Positions 33,873 through 46,965 of a stretch of DNA of 64,000 nucleotides are shown here, in pieces (position 1 is the stretch's first letter; every line of letters starts with the position of its first letter). The DNA is from Phoronis australis. Lineage: Eukaryota; Animalia; Phoronida. The stretch is from positions 69,395 to 133,394 of the forward strand of contig NMRA01000178.1 of NCBI GenBank assembly GCA_002633005.1. The letters are read 5' to 3'. The notes beneath the pieces were generated by a model. The model was not told the origin of the DNA, ran no database searches, and saw only the letters and a program-made list of their open reading frames with translations. The position numbers and the translations under genes were made by a program.

Positions 33873-35846
33873 GTGGAGCAATGTTTGTTTACGGTCTCTG
33901 GCTTACCGGGTGATCACGGGATTAGCAGCTTCAGAGACTGCACTGGTTGGCCATGGCTCAGCTGTGAGCTTTGTGCTGCAAGCTGCCTTTACCACAGCGC
34001 CTACTAGAGCACTTATCCGCGGGCCCCACAACTGCAGGAGACCACGCCGATCCATGTTATCGTAAAAAGTCAAATGATGAAAATCTTACGGGCTCAGTGC
34101 AATTGTCTCACCCTGTAAAATATTCTTTACCTGCCGCATGAATGGAGTATTCAGACAATTTATTGTAGTCTAGTGCATGCGGGTAGTTCGTTTCAACCGG
34201 GTATTTTGAACTGCACACCGAATTCATTAATGAGCAAAACAGCAAAACAGTAAGATAAAAGAAAATCCATGTGTGATTGCACAAAACGAGGGACCACGCA
34301 CTGAGATTCCTAACTTTGTCGTCACTCAGTGTTGTTAGAAAAACCTAGGGTGCAGTGTACCGGCACTTTAAAAGTTACGTCGATCAAAATGTCTTCAAAT
34401 GCTCTTCACATATCACGGGAATAGTGGAATACTTTGATAAAGCCAAATTTTGTAACGGTATAAAAGTATGAATGTTTCCGACAAGTGACTCCTTGAGATT
34501 CAGTTTGTTCGCCGCAATGACGGTGGGGGGGGGGGNAATGCGTCACGATTTTGGGGGGAGTGACACGTGCAAAGGCGCTTTTTTGGCGGCACCAAAACAC
34601 ATTTTTGGGTGCGTCATATAGCGCTTGTCGGCGCATAAATCCAAGACGTTAGGCACCCGCGCTGTGGAATGAGTACCGGGATCCCGATTTCAATGATCCG
34701 CTAGTCGGTTTACAGAAGTGACGTTTGAGTTCGACAGCGATAGCCTTAGGAAAGAAAGTTGGCAAGCCAATGTTTACGTAGTCGAACTCTCTTGTGTTCA
34801 TCTGATAAGCTCACGTAACCCAGCAATTTCGTTGTAGGGCCTACACAGCGCGCCTGATGATAACCGATACTTAAAATACTATTTCCAAACGGCGTTGAAC
34901 AAATGTTGTGACAAAGATGTGATTTGTATCACCAAAAAACTTCGAACGGAGAAAAACGGTTGAATTTCACAGAAATTAGACTTAACTTTCACCCGTTGAT
35001 TTCTTTGTGGGACTGTAAGCTCTAACTCGCTTACTGGTCACTCTTACTGGTCACTCTTACTGGTCACTCAGATCGTGATGTTCAAGACTGAACGAACCAA
35101 GAAATGATTTAATTGTGCAATCGCTACACGTGCGTAGAAATTTACAATTTTCAAAATGCCGACTATGTGAAAATATTTTTGAAATATGTTCACAAAAGGA
35201 TACTCCAGCAAGAGGTTCGATCGCTGTCAAGCCTAAGTGCACAGACGTGACCAGGATAGGCTAATTTGTGTTGTTTAAAAGGAATCAGTGATGTCTCCAA
35301 CGTTCACATTTTCTCACTTAACAGTTAAGTAACTATAAATAAGCACCTCAAGTTATTATGGCCTCGTCACTATAGCTTAGGCTCCGAGAAACCAAAGACA
35401 GGCAAGTTAGAACTAATTAGACTAACAAGGAGAAACAGCTAAACAGCAGAATCGATGAGACAGACTGAATATCACAGTGGAAAATATTTTCAACATCCCA
35501 AGGTTGGATGGCACTTTACATAAAACGTATTTCAGGACGTACAAGAAGTCAGGAAGTATACCACTATTGTCAATAAAGCAATTTTGACTGGTTTTAGAAA
35601 ATCTATAAATTGATTAAAAGGATACTAAACCCTGTTTTGATGATTTTAACCAATCCTCGTTCTGTCACCTGCTAATGCATCATTGGCGTCAATCTTGGAA
35701 GACAAAAGCAGGGATCAACAAAAAACTTATACTCCCTGTCACTGATTTGATATTGTGGTTTTTTGGTGGATAGTCTTTCTCCACAGTTGCCATTCAATTC
35801 GATAAAAGCGCAACGGGCCATGCTTGCTCGCATTGCAGGCTTAGAA

Positions 35847-36628
35847 CATAGGCGGATTTAGGGGGGGGGCAGGGGGCCTGCCCCCCTCCCCACCCCTTGG
35901 CTGCTGCAAAAAAATAAAACAGCAAGAGCGTAGGGAAATGTTGAGTTTATTAATTAACCCCGGTAATTAAAATTATACGGATGAAACAAGATTTAAATGT
36001 GTGCAGTTTTAGTGTTTGGGGGGGGGCTCAAATCCAATTTCAAGTGTCAAATTCGGTACACGGCGCAATCGTAACGGAACTATGGCTAAGTATAGGCTCT
36101 CCGCGATATCCCAGGCGACCGGCAGTGGCGCTGCGCACTACGACTCCGTTTCCGTCGTCTGCTCCACTATGCAATGAAGAAAATTTACTTCATTTTTNGA
36201 TTGCACAAAATATAAAATGTAATAAGCATTACAAAAAGAAGTAGGTTTCGCGCGCAAACGCTGTGGACCATAAACAAGTAGATCTCGTATCAACGTAGGA
36301 GTTAAATCGTGGTGGTGTAATGGTAAAGCACGCGCGCTCTATTCGCCAAGTCGCGAGTTCGAGTCTGTGTAACTTGCAGGTTATTTTGTTTGACACGTTC
36401 TCCCGGTTTCCTTTTTTTTTTGCTTTTTTGCCTTTTTTTCTTGGATAATACTTCCGAAAATGCTTGATTTTTAGAGGGAAAAACATAAAAATTTCCTGGT
36501 CAAAGGGAGGCAAACCCCCCTCCCGACCTCCCCCAATGCGGTGCTATGCGCATCTACAATCTTGGTTTGCGCAAATGCTTACAGACAAAATGTTGGGTCC
36601 CCTTTGTGATATCCTAGATCCGCCACTG
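35847..36628. mobile_element. 782-bp non-autonomous DNA transposon carrying a tRNA-like A/B-box segment
   Basis: TIRs CATAGGCGGATTTAGG / CCTAGATCCGCCACTG with a perfect 5-bp TSD TAGAA. Internal GGTGTAATGGTAA...GTTCGAGTC at 36311-36365. Confidence 0.85.
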
Positions 36629-38539
36629 TAGAAAGGACAAAAGTTCTCAAATTTTCCAGCAAACTTTAGAGGGTTGTCAGGGGTTATAGAGCATTATTTT
36701 GTTTCAGGGAAGTGGATGGTATATGGCAGAACCGGGTTTGGTATACGTTTAAGCCTGGGTTTTCCCGGCTTTGCCGTCGTTGTGAATTTCACTTGTCACG
36801 TGCCCGTGCCAGTGAGTGTCTTTTGCTGGTAAGGGAGCGTTCAAATATTACATCATTCGAGGGATGGGAGAATCGTTTGGAAAAGATGACGATAACGGGT
36901 ATTTAGACTCATGGTGACCGTTGTAATTGCTTGATTTTTACAATATTTCCATCACAGTACATATCATTGCGAAGCTGGTTCACCTTCTAGAGGAATTAAC
37001 TAGGACCTGCAGTTTCAAGCTTCCAAGATTTGATCATACTTCACTAGGCTCAAGTAGGCCTACAGACAAACGACAGACTCACACCATCACTGTCTAAACT
37101 GGGGTTGGGTTCGCTGTGATGTCGCGGGCTAGGCAGTAGACTGGGGCGCGGGTAGAACTAGTGGCAAATTTTGGATGACGCAATATGTGATAGCTCCCTA
37201 ATAAAGGTGGGCAGAATATCATTTTGCCATCAAGTGCAGTTTCTACACATTTTCGAATCAAAAATGCTGAACTCTTAGGAATGGATCTAGCGCCAAGCAT
37301 GAAAAATGGTCACATACAAAGTTCGTCCAAAGGGAACGCCCGTATGTAAAAGCAATTTAGATAACAGGTAATATATGACGATATGCCATTTCGCATGCGT
37401 GGTTCGCCGTAGGCTACCGTCTGATTGTTAGTTCTTTCATTGTATACCGTATTAATTGAAAAGCCCTTTATTACGGTACTTCAGTATAATGCCGTATACT
37501 GTTAACACACGTGTTCCTTATATTACTGAGGAGCACTGCTGCTGGTGTAGGCCTACCGGTAGGCCCATCGATACACTTTTATACCTGTTGGTACATAATG
37601 AACGCTTTTTTATTGTTATGAACAAGTGGTTGGCACAACAGGGGCCCCAGTGAACAGTTGTGCCCGGGCCGGGGGTTCATGGTATTGTTAAGACGGCACT
37701 GTCATGTGAGTTCGGACTATAAAATTGAGCAAAATGCATCATTGTGTGAGTAGGAATCCGGATGGATTACAGAGAATTTCCGGTTTACATGTCACAGTAG
37801 TCATTACCCAACGAAATGCTTTCAAACCAATGTACTCACTTGTAATAGACATGTTGACGTCACGGAGCTTGTGACGATATCTGTGGTCGGAGCTAAATGA
37901 ACTTGTGACCTTTCGCGGGAGTAATCCTGGCATTTTCTCGCCAGACGTCGCTTAGTAGCTAAGTGAATTTTCGAGTTATTGTTTCGCCCCGCTTTCGCAG
38001 ACTCTACTTCCTCTGTTAGGGTGTTTTGTTACATCACTAATGTTTTGACGTGTCTTCGCGGGCGTTCTCTTAGTCTACAAAAAACGCACATGTGTGGTCT
38101 AAAATTCGCTCTCTCGCTGGTTCCCTGCGGGCCGCTAGGTGGGGCGGTAGCCGCGCCAGCACGCAGGTATCTCTTAGTTTTGCTCGGTAATTTTTTTTAC
38201 ACCGGCGTTTATGATTGACTAGTCGATTTCTCAACAGGCAGCGCTTTACGCAAACAAAGTGGCATGACTGATGGACTGAAGTGTAAATGTGGTCTGTTGT
38301 ACAGACAAATCGGTGCTTAAAGTTTATGTTCAGGAAATGTGAAGCCTAGAAATTGTGATTGCGCCTAGTTTTCGGAATGCATCTTTCTACTGTCGATGAC
38401 TTTTATTTACGATAGTGCCCTGTATTCATACAGCCTGAATAACACACCGGTCTAAATCCGGCCAGATTTGTGTTTGTTGTCCGAGGCAGGCTTCGCCCTC
38501 ATCTACTCTACTTGAACTCTCTCTTTCTCGCCTTCACTG

Positions 38540-39075
38540 CATAGACTCAGCAGTTGAACTTATAACTGTTTTCAAACCCCTTCGGAAACTTTCCAATATG
38601 CTATGCAAACTGAAGTCACCCATCCCTTTACTGAATTAACAAGTGCAATGTTGTGTATACGGTTGAATGTGACAACTGTAGGACTCACACAGAGACGCCT
38701 CTGTGACAGGTTGAAAGAACATCACACCTCTGGCAGAGAAAAGTAACATATGTAGGCATTGTATTAGCTACAATCACCAAGCCAACTCTGTTAGTATTAT
38801 CTGCAGAGAACCTAATAAGGAGCTACTGTACATTAAAGAGTCGTTGGCCATTCAGAACCAGCATGCCACTGATTCTCTGAATAATGACATGCAGAGCTCA
38901 GTGACCCTGCAACTATGGTGATGACCAGCCTTACTGACTATATCCTATGTATCTCTCACTTCACTCTATGGCGGATGTTACCTGAGCTGTATGTTAGCAC
39001 TTGTTGTCCTAAATTGATCCTGATGATGTCTAATAAAAAGACGAAACGTTGAATTGAACATGAACTTTTTTATTT
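38540..39075 (+). mobile_element. Penelope-like retroelement 3' relic (GIY-YIG endonuclease end plus terminal region)
   Basis: Frameshifted peptides VFKPLRKLSNMLCKLKSPIP, KCNVVYTVECDNC, TQRRLCDRLKEH and SIICREPNKELLYIKESLAI...LNND match Penelope GIY-YIG C-terminal motifs. Confidence 0.75.
39010..39060 (+). ncRNA. Degenerate minimal hammerhead ribozyme motif (Penelope-associated)
   Basis: CTGATGA (39020-39026)-T-GTC-loop-GAC-GAAA-CGTT. Core and stem II are intact, stem III is the short palindrome ACGT, stem I is poorly paired. Confidence 0.5.
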
Positions 39076-42000
39076 GTGCGGCGATCGTCCGGTTTTTAAG
39101 AACCAAAAGAGTTTCATATCGGCAATCGTCGAAAACGCTACCATCATTGGACAGTGCTAAAATAACCTTATAAGTCGCATTTTAATTCCCTTTTCGTTAA
39201 AAAGTCCCACCTGGCACTATGGCCAATTTCTTTATAAGAAAGTTCCGCCTAGCACTATGAACGTGACTCGATCTCATTCTTGTTTTCCGCACCCAAGACA
39301 CTGTTTTTGCGTGTAGCACAAGTGAACGGGGAATCAGGCCATCTAGTCATCTGTCACCAGAAGTGACGTGGCCAACTATATTTAAGCATGTAGATTTACA
39401 CTGTACTATCATTTTACTTTGAAGGAGCTTTTTAATACATTTGTTTACCCATAAATCATATTTACTGATTAGTGAATTTGACTGGGGTAGGGTGGTCCAA
39501 GCTGCATATCCTTACAACATAAAAAACAGTGCGTGGTATAGAACAAACTTAAATTAATGAAAATAACTCATGGTGATTGGGTTAAGAAATAACACGTGGT
39601 GATTATAAGGGATAGAAAAAGGGGAAGGGCTTTAATGCACTCATTCACACACGCATTCACTCGATTCAATTAAGTTAAATTATGTTTAGACTTACATAGG
39701 CTTACCTTTATGAAAAAATACAATAGGACAACAGAATTGGATAAGATAACATCATATATTGTTTTATTCAATTAAAAGAGATGCATGCAAAACCCTCCCC
39801 TTTTCTAAAGTTTTATTCGATGCGTTAAGTACAATAATCTTAAATTTGTCAAAAAGTATTAATTCAAAATTATTGGTTGAGAACCATGTCTCGATGACGT
39901 ATAAACATAGTATTGAGCTTGAGTATGTATGATATTGAAGATTTCACTTTCAGTGTTTGCCAAAGACGCAAACAAAAAAGTGATAAACAGATGATTCAGT
40001 ATGCAAGTTAAACACTTTATTTACGAAATGATGTGTGGAATCCCGGGAACGTTTTACACAGACGCAGCTGTAAAATATCATTGCAGACTTGTCGTCATTT
40101 TGCAATAACTTACCGGCTATTTCATGTTGAAAAAATAAATGTCCATGCCTATTGTTTTAAGGCCGAACATTGCAACAAAGTCAGTTTCGAAGCAATTCCT
40201 TGTTTTTCTGTGAGATATCAAAATGCACGCTAGCATTTATTTCTTCTTAGATGGAAAACATGAAGTATTCAAAGTCAATTTATTTCAGTTCTTGACCTCT
40301 GGCCATATTCAAATTTGAAAGTAACAAATACAAACCTGTAATTAACAAGGTGGTTGAAAACCAAGCGCAATAAAAACTTGGTGAATTAAACGAGTTGCAA
40401 TAGTTGCATGACTTCACCAAATAAACGAAGAGATCGTCATTGAAGTTATTAATATTACCAGAAAGAGAAAACCATGGTTATCCCTCCCTGGTATCACGAC
40501 AAATACCAAACTTTCTCCTAAGATCTTCGTATGCTGGACAATCTAATAAAACGCATTTTTCATCCTCAGCAGTGTCAGAACAAACAGAGCAAAAACGCGG
40601 ATTTTTAGCCATGACCCAAGTGCCAACCAGTTTCGATTTTTAGTTTATGATTTGAACATCTAAAACGTGCGAGAGTTGTGATTAAATGTATTATAAGAAA
40701 CATAAACCAATGAAAACAATAAACGCACAAGTTTATGTATCGTTCCAATCGCGTCCATCTCCTTTCAGACAAGTCATTTCTCTCTTTCATCCACTTCCCA
40801 AAAGTCAGTGATCGTGATGTCAAACAATGAGTTTGGTAAGATATGGCAATATAAAAACATCTAACAGCCCTTCATCTCTCATCTACTATTTTCTTTGTCC
40901 TAATAAGGCTTTGACTGCACGCGCCAGTATGATAACAGTTCATAGCTACGCCTATTTAACGGCAATACAGTGATTTTCTCGTTGAATGTGTAGCGTTTGA
41001 GCAGGCAGACCTGTGAGTGATATCTCCTACACTATTGCGTAACATCTGCACACGACGATGGCTTAAGTCTCTGAAGAATAGTTAAAGCAGTTGAACTCTT
41101 TCAACACTTTTTCAATCAGAACCAGTAGCCAGGACGCACTATAAAAAGTGGGCTCTATGGCGCTTTATAGAGGCCCGGCTGCTGTTTTATTTAAATTCAC
41201 TCATTGTTGGAGCAACAAGCTTCAGGTGAATACATAAATCCCGTGTGGTAGAGCTCAACATTTGCCATGATCACTACCCCGAGGCCTTTGCCGACTCAAA
41301 ATCTTTTAGTTGTGACGCTGATGCTAACCAGATCCTGTATTTAGATGAACCATGGATACTCGTAAAGTCAATGGATGCATAACCGACAATATCTCCTATA
41401 AAACAGCAGAATCATAAAGCTATCAGTTTCCCGTTAGGGGTTCTATAGATGCTGACATCCATTTTGACAAACATTTTTTCCCACCCAGTGCGAAAGCACA
41501 TGTAACGTTGCACGTAACACGTCACAGTGACGTCATTAAGTGACAATTTTGAACTTTGGTGTCTACGGTTACTCTATGTGTGATTTTGAAAGACAAAGTT
41601 TTGCATGTTTGGGGCGCGTTGACCCCTTTCATGAAGGTTATGTGAGAAATGAAGGAATGAAAGTGATATTATGCCACAGTGCTACCAAACATAATTACAA
41701 TTAGAACACTGAAAAAGAAAATCCTATAGGTACATGCAGTGTTCCTGATGAGTAATGTTTCCCCATTTGTAGAGTTTCGTCCAATCCTTTTCATTCTCTT
41801 GCATGGGCAGATTTACGTGTTGAGCTAGGTTCCCCTACTGAACACAGCGGCACCAACCATGTCGTTTTTAAGGCATTTTCCTTCGAAAATAGCGATGCCC
41901 CTCCGTACTTAATAGAAGATCAGTCAGTGACATGTCACCATAGAAAAGCACGTGACGAAATTCTCAAGCTGGTCACCGGGTGTAAATAATGAAAAGCAAT

Positions 42001-42161
42001 GTGACGGTTGCTTGTAATATATTCCGAAAACATGGTTTTAGAATACCAAGCACGTCGAATAATCACACCTGTTAGTTCCTACAGTGAGTTCTGTTGGTAT
42101 TTAAGATACAGAAGATAGTGTCGGTTCTCTATCTTTATTGAACTAACCAAGACAAGATATC

Positions 42162-42884
42162 ATGGAGCGCTTGCTAGTCGTTCTCGCTGCCGTTGTACTG
42201 CTGGCGAGGAACGCTGACACTTATTGTTACATGGGCATGAAGAGCGGTAAGATGATACAACGAGGTCACCGTGCTAAAACTCCGGTTCTTTCATTTGTTC
42301 TGTCAACCAATCTATTTATAAACAAATATTACAAAATTGGTGTTGCATGGTAAGTTCAAGCCAATGAAACTCTCCTCTAATTTGCCATTTTCAAATCGTA
42401 ACATTTTTACAATCAAACTTTACTTTGCATATTTACGGATTTAATAGACGAAGTGGCAAGTATGTTAACTTGTATTAAAGTGAAGTGTAGTATATGGTAC
42501 TCAGTCAATTGTAAGATGTTGTATGGTACTCAGTCAATTGTAAGATGTTGTATGGTTGTATTACTTTCACATAAATCACAATCAGAGAGTGACATGGTGA
42601 CGTGTGTGCTTACAATTAATTCATTTCAAAGACTTCACAGTTTTTAGAAATGCACTTGCAGCGTTTAAATATGAATGCTCTGGGCAAGTTTAAGAAGCTC
42701 GAAAAACATCTGTCGTGCTATCATGTAGGCTTGATTTTATAATGGTTTGTTTGCGGCCATTTTCAGTTGACAGTAAGAACGTCTGCAAGGTTCACAACAC
42801 CACTTTGGCTGCTGGTGAGGATAAGACGTTCTACTACAAATGTGAGAAATGCCAGTGTCGCGAGAGATATTTCTCCTGTTGCAG
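42162..42884 (+). CDS. Beta-microseminoprotein (MSMB/PSP94)-like secreted protein, first two coding exons; last exon not found
   Basis: Exons 42162-42246 and 42767-42884 (phases 1, 2) give MERLLVVLAAVVLLARNADT-YCYMGMKSVDSKNVCKVHNTTLAAGEDKTFYYKCEKCQCRERYFSCC: a signal peptide plus the C...C...C-x2-C-x-C-x6-CC pattern. Confidence 0.75.
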
Positions 42885-43470
42885 GTACTAACGCACACTA
42901 TATGTAGCTTGGGGCACAAAGTCTCCTTAATTTGTAAGACTTCCTTTGACGCAACCGTTGCGGTCACGTGGCATTATTGTCGCTATTTTGTGAGCTTTCT
43001 TCACTCACTAATCAGGAAAAAAACGTCCGATTCTATCACAAAATTCAGAGCTACGTTTACATGTTATCTTTGCTAATTAAGGCCTATTAAGGCCCCACTT
43101 ATGCATGTAAATTATGGTTAATGAGGTCAAATTTGCTTATCCTATATCGGGATTGAAAAAGCACCTCCACATGGTAATTATGGACCAAAATGTGGCTATT
43201 TATTCAAAACGTTGCACACGCTGACCCTTCAGCTCATGGTCTTAAAATTAAGATTTCAAACATCTTGTTTCATTTGTTATTCAAGTTTCTGAGAAGGATG
43301 AGAAATGTAACTGATTTGTTGGCGTGTTTCATTTGTACAGCCACAACTAGTGGGTCCAGCAAAAAGGCGAACAAGTTTAAACTTACCTGTAAATAATTGT
43401 CTTTTTTGATATTCTTTGGTCCTCTATTCGTGACAGCTAAATTCAATCTTATTACCACTGCAATATACCC

Positions 43471-43641
43471 CATAGGAGGATTTAGAGGGGAAGTCCCCCC
43501 CTTGGCTCAGACCCCAGATCGCGGCGTTTTTCAACTTTTTCCGGCATCTTTTGGGCCTGCGCTGCATGTACAATCGCGCTTGGCCCACTTCCCCGAGACA
43601 ACATGTTGCCCCCCCCTTATGGTAACCTAGATCCGCCACTG
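43471..43641. mobile_element. 171-bp MITE
   Basis: TIRs CATAGGAGGATTTAG / CTAGATCCGCCACTG; perfect 5-bp TSD TACCC. Confidence 0.8.
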
Positions 43642-44145
43642 TACCCGACCACGTGTTAAAACTCGTGCGTGGACAGTCACTGTTTTCTTGTGACCAATGT
43701 TAAACACTTTTTGGTCAGGTGACCTATAATTCGAATGATTTAGGACAAAAATAAAAAGAAGATAACTGCAGTTTTGGTAGTGTTCATTCTAAATCGGTCG
43801 GCATCCACAGCCTATCGTATACTCTGGTCGAGTTTGCAAGCATTTGCCAGTGTAGACCACGCTTTACGATCATAGTTACCATCATCAGTGCCTTTTGCGG
43901 CAGAGTCCATGTATCTCCGGATCAACGAAATTTCCAGGTTTTCTATGTCTATTTTTATAGTTTTGGAACGGCAACTTTTCCAATTCACTACCCGTCGCTG
44001 CCCCCGATGTGCGAGGTAATTACAGTTGACTGTGACCGAAGAGTTGTCTTGAAGGAAGATCATACAAAGCCGTGCTTCATTGAGTGAACAATGAACTATC
44101 TCATGTAACTACATTTGTCGCTTCCTTAAACATTGCCATGATTTT

Positions 44146-44630
44146 NNNNNNNNNNNNNNNNNNNNNNNNNNNNNNNNNNNNNNNNNNNNNNNNNNNNNNN
44201 NNNNNNNNNNNNNNNNNNNNNNNNNNNNNNNNNNNNNNNNNNNNNNNNNNNNNNNNNNNNNNNNNNNNNNNNNNNNNNNNNNNNNNNNNNNNNNNNNNNN
44301 NNNNNNNNNNNNNNNNNNNNNNNNNNNNNNNNNNNNNNNNNNNNNNNNNNNNNNNNNNNNNNNNNNNNNNNNNNNNNNNNNNNNNNNNNNNNNNNNNNNN
44401 NNNNNNNNNNNNNNNNNNNNNNNNNNNNNNNNNNNNNNNNNNNNNNNNNNNNNNNNNNNNNNNNNNNNNNNNNNNNNNNNNNNNNNNNNNNNNNNNNNNN
44501 NNNNNNNNNNNNNNNNNNNNNNNNNNNNNNNNNNNNNNNNNNNNNNNNNNNNNNNNNNNNNNNNNNNNNNNNNNNNNNNNNNNNNNNNNNNNNNNNNNNN
44601 NNNNNNNNNNNNNNNNNNNNNNNNNNNNNN
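44146..44630. other. Assembly gap (N run)
   Basis: 485 consecutive n. Confidence 1.
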
Positions 44631-46313
44631 GGCGGTTGCGTTGTCTATTCTTGGGGATGTAGTACACCAATATGTATACTCTCTTATATTTGGCCATGAA
44701 AGACGTGCCGAAAACGGTTTCGGATAGCATTTTTCACGCATTTTCTAAATGGACTTAAATAGAAATCAACATATTGTTCGTTTTTGCCACTAGAAATAAT
44801 TGCGCAACATTATAAAATCCGGGGTGACAGTCGATGAGTAGATGTCGGCCGTGGTCTAGTTGACCAGGCGAATTTTCGGGTATTTTTTCAGGCCAAAGAG
44901 TCTTTCTGGTATGAGTCCAATTAAATGTTAATTAACGTGGTCGGCCAGGTCTTTTCTCGATAGCTCGCACCTGAGGAAGAACTAGTTATCCTTGCTGCTC
45001 GCACTTATTTTCGAGTTCAATTTCGCCGAAGGCTGGCGCCCTCGGCCATTGTAACCGATTTCAGAAGTGGGTCTTAGAAAAATTGTCCCAGAAATAGGCC
45101 TACCGTTTATCGAGGCGCAGTTCAGTTCATCTAGGAGCTAGCCCTAGAAGTGCACCGTTTAGTATCGGCCAGTCCGTCGGTTGCACGCATGGCGTCCATC
45201 CAAAAACGAAATTAATTAAACTGCCCCGTGTTGCCGCAAAAAGCTTCCCGTTTTGAGGTGAACCATTCTCGGCCGGTACAACGTGTTTGCCTGCGGATAT
45301 AGCCTGAAGACCCTCACTGACTGTCAAAACGAACTGAACTTTTAAGTTGAGGCCGCCGGGCCCTGGCGGCCACTGGGAACTGAATTCACTTGGACATATA
45401 CAAGCCCAAGAAACTTTCGCTACGAACCTTTATTTCCTGTTAGGAAAATGTGCCGCTTTTACGGTAACAATTTTTTTCGTTTGTGCATCCTACGTACCTG
45501 TATCGTGTCACTATCCGACTGCCCGGCCCGCGTCGCCCGTCAGCCCCGCTGGCCTCAGTGAGTTCTGAGTCGCCACCCTGGCATCGGGTACCTTTTCTGT
45601 TAACCGTTTTTTTTTCCTGCCTCTGACCACACACTATGCCGCATCTTTATCGTGGTGCTGTAAACTTGCATGAAAATGGTAGTGGTTAGTCCACTCAGTG
45701 GCCTGTGATATTTAGAGTGCCCGATACATATAATAGACTTCTATTCGAGTCTATGCCCCAATTGTAGACAAATCTTTTTCATTCGAATTTATCTCCCCTG
45801 TGTCTTTGGTCTGGTCAACAGTCACAGAACTAGTGTTCCGTTTAGTCACTAGGTGTTGCAGATATGACCCAACTTATACTCAAAGGTCAACAATGGTACG
45901 ATTTTGTTAGCGTGATGTTCGTGATGAAAATCATGAAAGAATTTGCGTTGTTGAATATTAGTGTGCACGTCGTTGACACTACTAAATGCTAACGTCATTG
46001 AAACTATCCTCTGGTCAAGTAAGTTGAATACATTCAGACGTTTTTTACGTGTTTATGTGTTTCCGGCTATGAAAATGTCCAGCTTTTGTCTCTTTTCAAC
46101 TCGAGTTCAACTTGAACTTTTCGGTCGAAATCGATGTGAAGTGTGAAGCCGAAGTCCATGTAAACAGTCTTGAGTTTGTCAGCGGTGCTCAACAACGTCG
46201 GAACGACAGGCAATATTTAATGCTAGCACAAATGGAATTGGGTCCAGTACTACTAAAATCGCCATTGGCACTACAGTAACTGCCAGGAGTCACTATATGT
46301 TCTACCCCTGCCC

Positions 46314-46377
46314 TAGGCAATGACCATCGCCTCTGTTGGCCCTGGTTCGGGCCAACAGAGGCGATGGTCATTGCCTA
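46314..46377. mobile_element. 64-bp TIR-only element with 9-bp TSD (Mutator/MULE-like)
   Basis: Perfect 29-bp inverted repeat TAGGCAATGACCATCGCCTCTGTTGGCCC with a 6-nt loop; CCCCTGCCC on both sides. Confidence 0.85.
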
Positions 46378-46729
46378 CCCCTGCCCTGTCCTGTTATTGT
46401 CTACAATCCGACTCTATTACCGTACATATTTGATACTACTATTTACAATAAACAATAACTACACTTGCTGTGCATGAACTTGGAATCCATCTTAATTTCA
46501 AGATCGCGTGTGAGTGAACTTGGAATACATAAGAAAACTTGACACTTTCACTCGAACAATCACTTTCACATTGATAAAAATTTGCACTAAATTAAATTAC
46601 ATTTTAATGTAAATTTTTACCAACTTTTTTTTCAACTATTGGCGATCTTGTTCACCAAACAATAATTGATTATAACAATTCGTATATTCTTCCGATTATG
46701 TGATACAAGGTCCCCTTACGAAAAAGAAA

Positions 46730-46965
46730 GTGAGAATCTCTGTGGATTCCAGTTAGATTCTCACTAAATCACCAATTATAGTTAGAAATGCCAGTGAGAA
46801 CCCAGTAGGAATTGAACAACACGGGCGGTCAGTGAGAAAATAGTGAGAAAATGTTATGTAACAGTGAGAATCCAGTGAGAATTTTGGTCTTAGAGAAAAA
46901 TTCTGCGGAGAATCAGTGAGAATTTCAGACTTAGAAAAAATTGGAGTGAGAATTCAGTGAGAATT
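46730..46965. repeat. Cluster of AGTGAGAA motifs (degenerate repeat)
   Basis: About eight copies of AGTGAGAA within 240 bp. Confidence 0.5.

Noticed and set aside
43812-44063. 83-aa minus-strand ORF with protein-like composition next to the gap
   Set aside because: No motif or splice structure I can support; possibly transposon debris.
44890-44930. Candidate last exon of the MSMB-like gene (RPKSLSGMSPIKC*)
   Set aside because: Too short, only one Cys, and embedded in repeat-like sequence.
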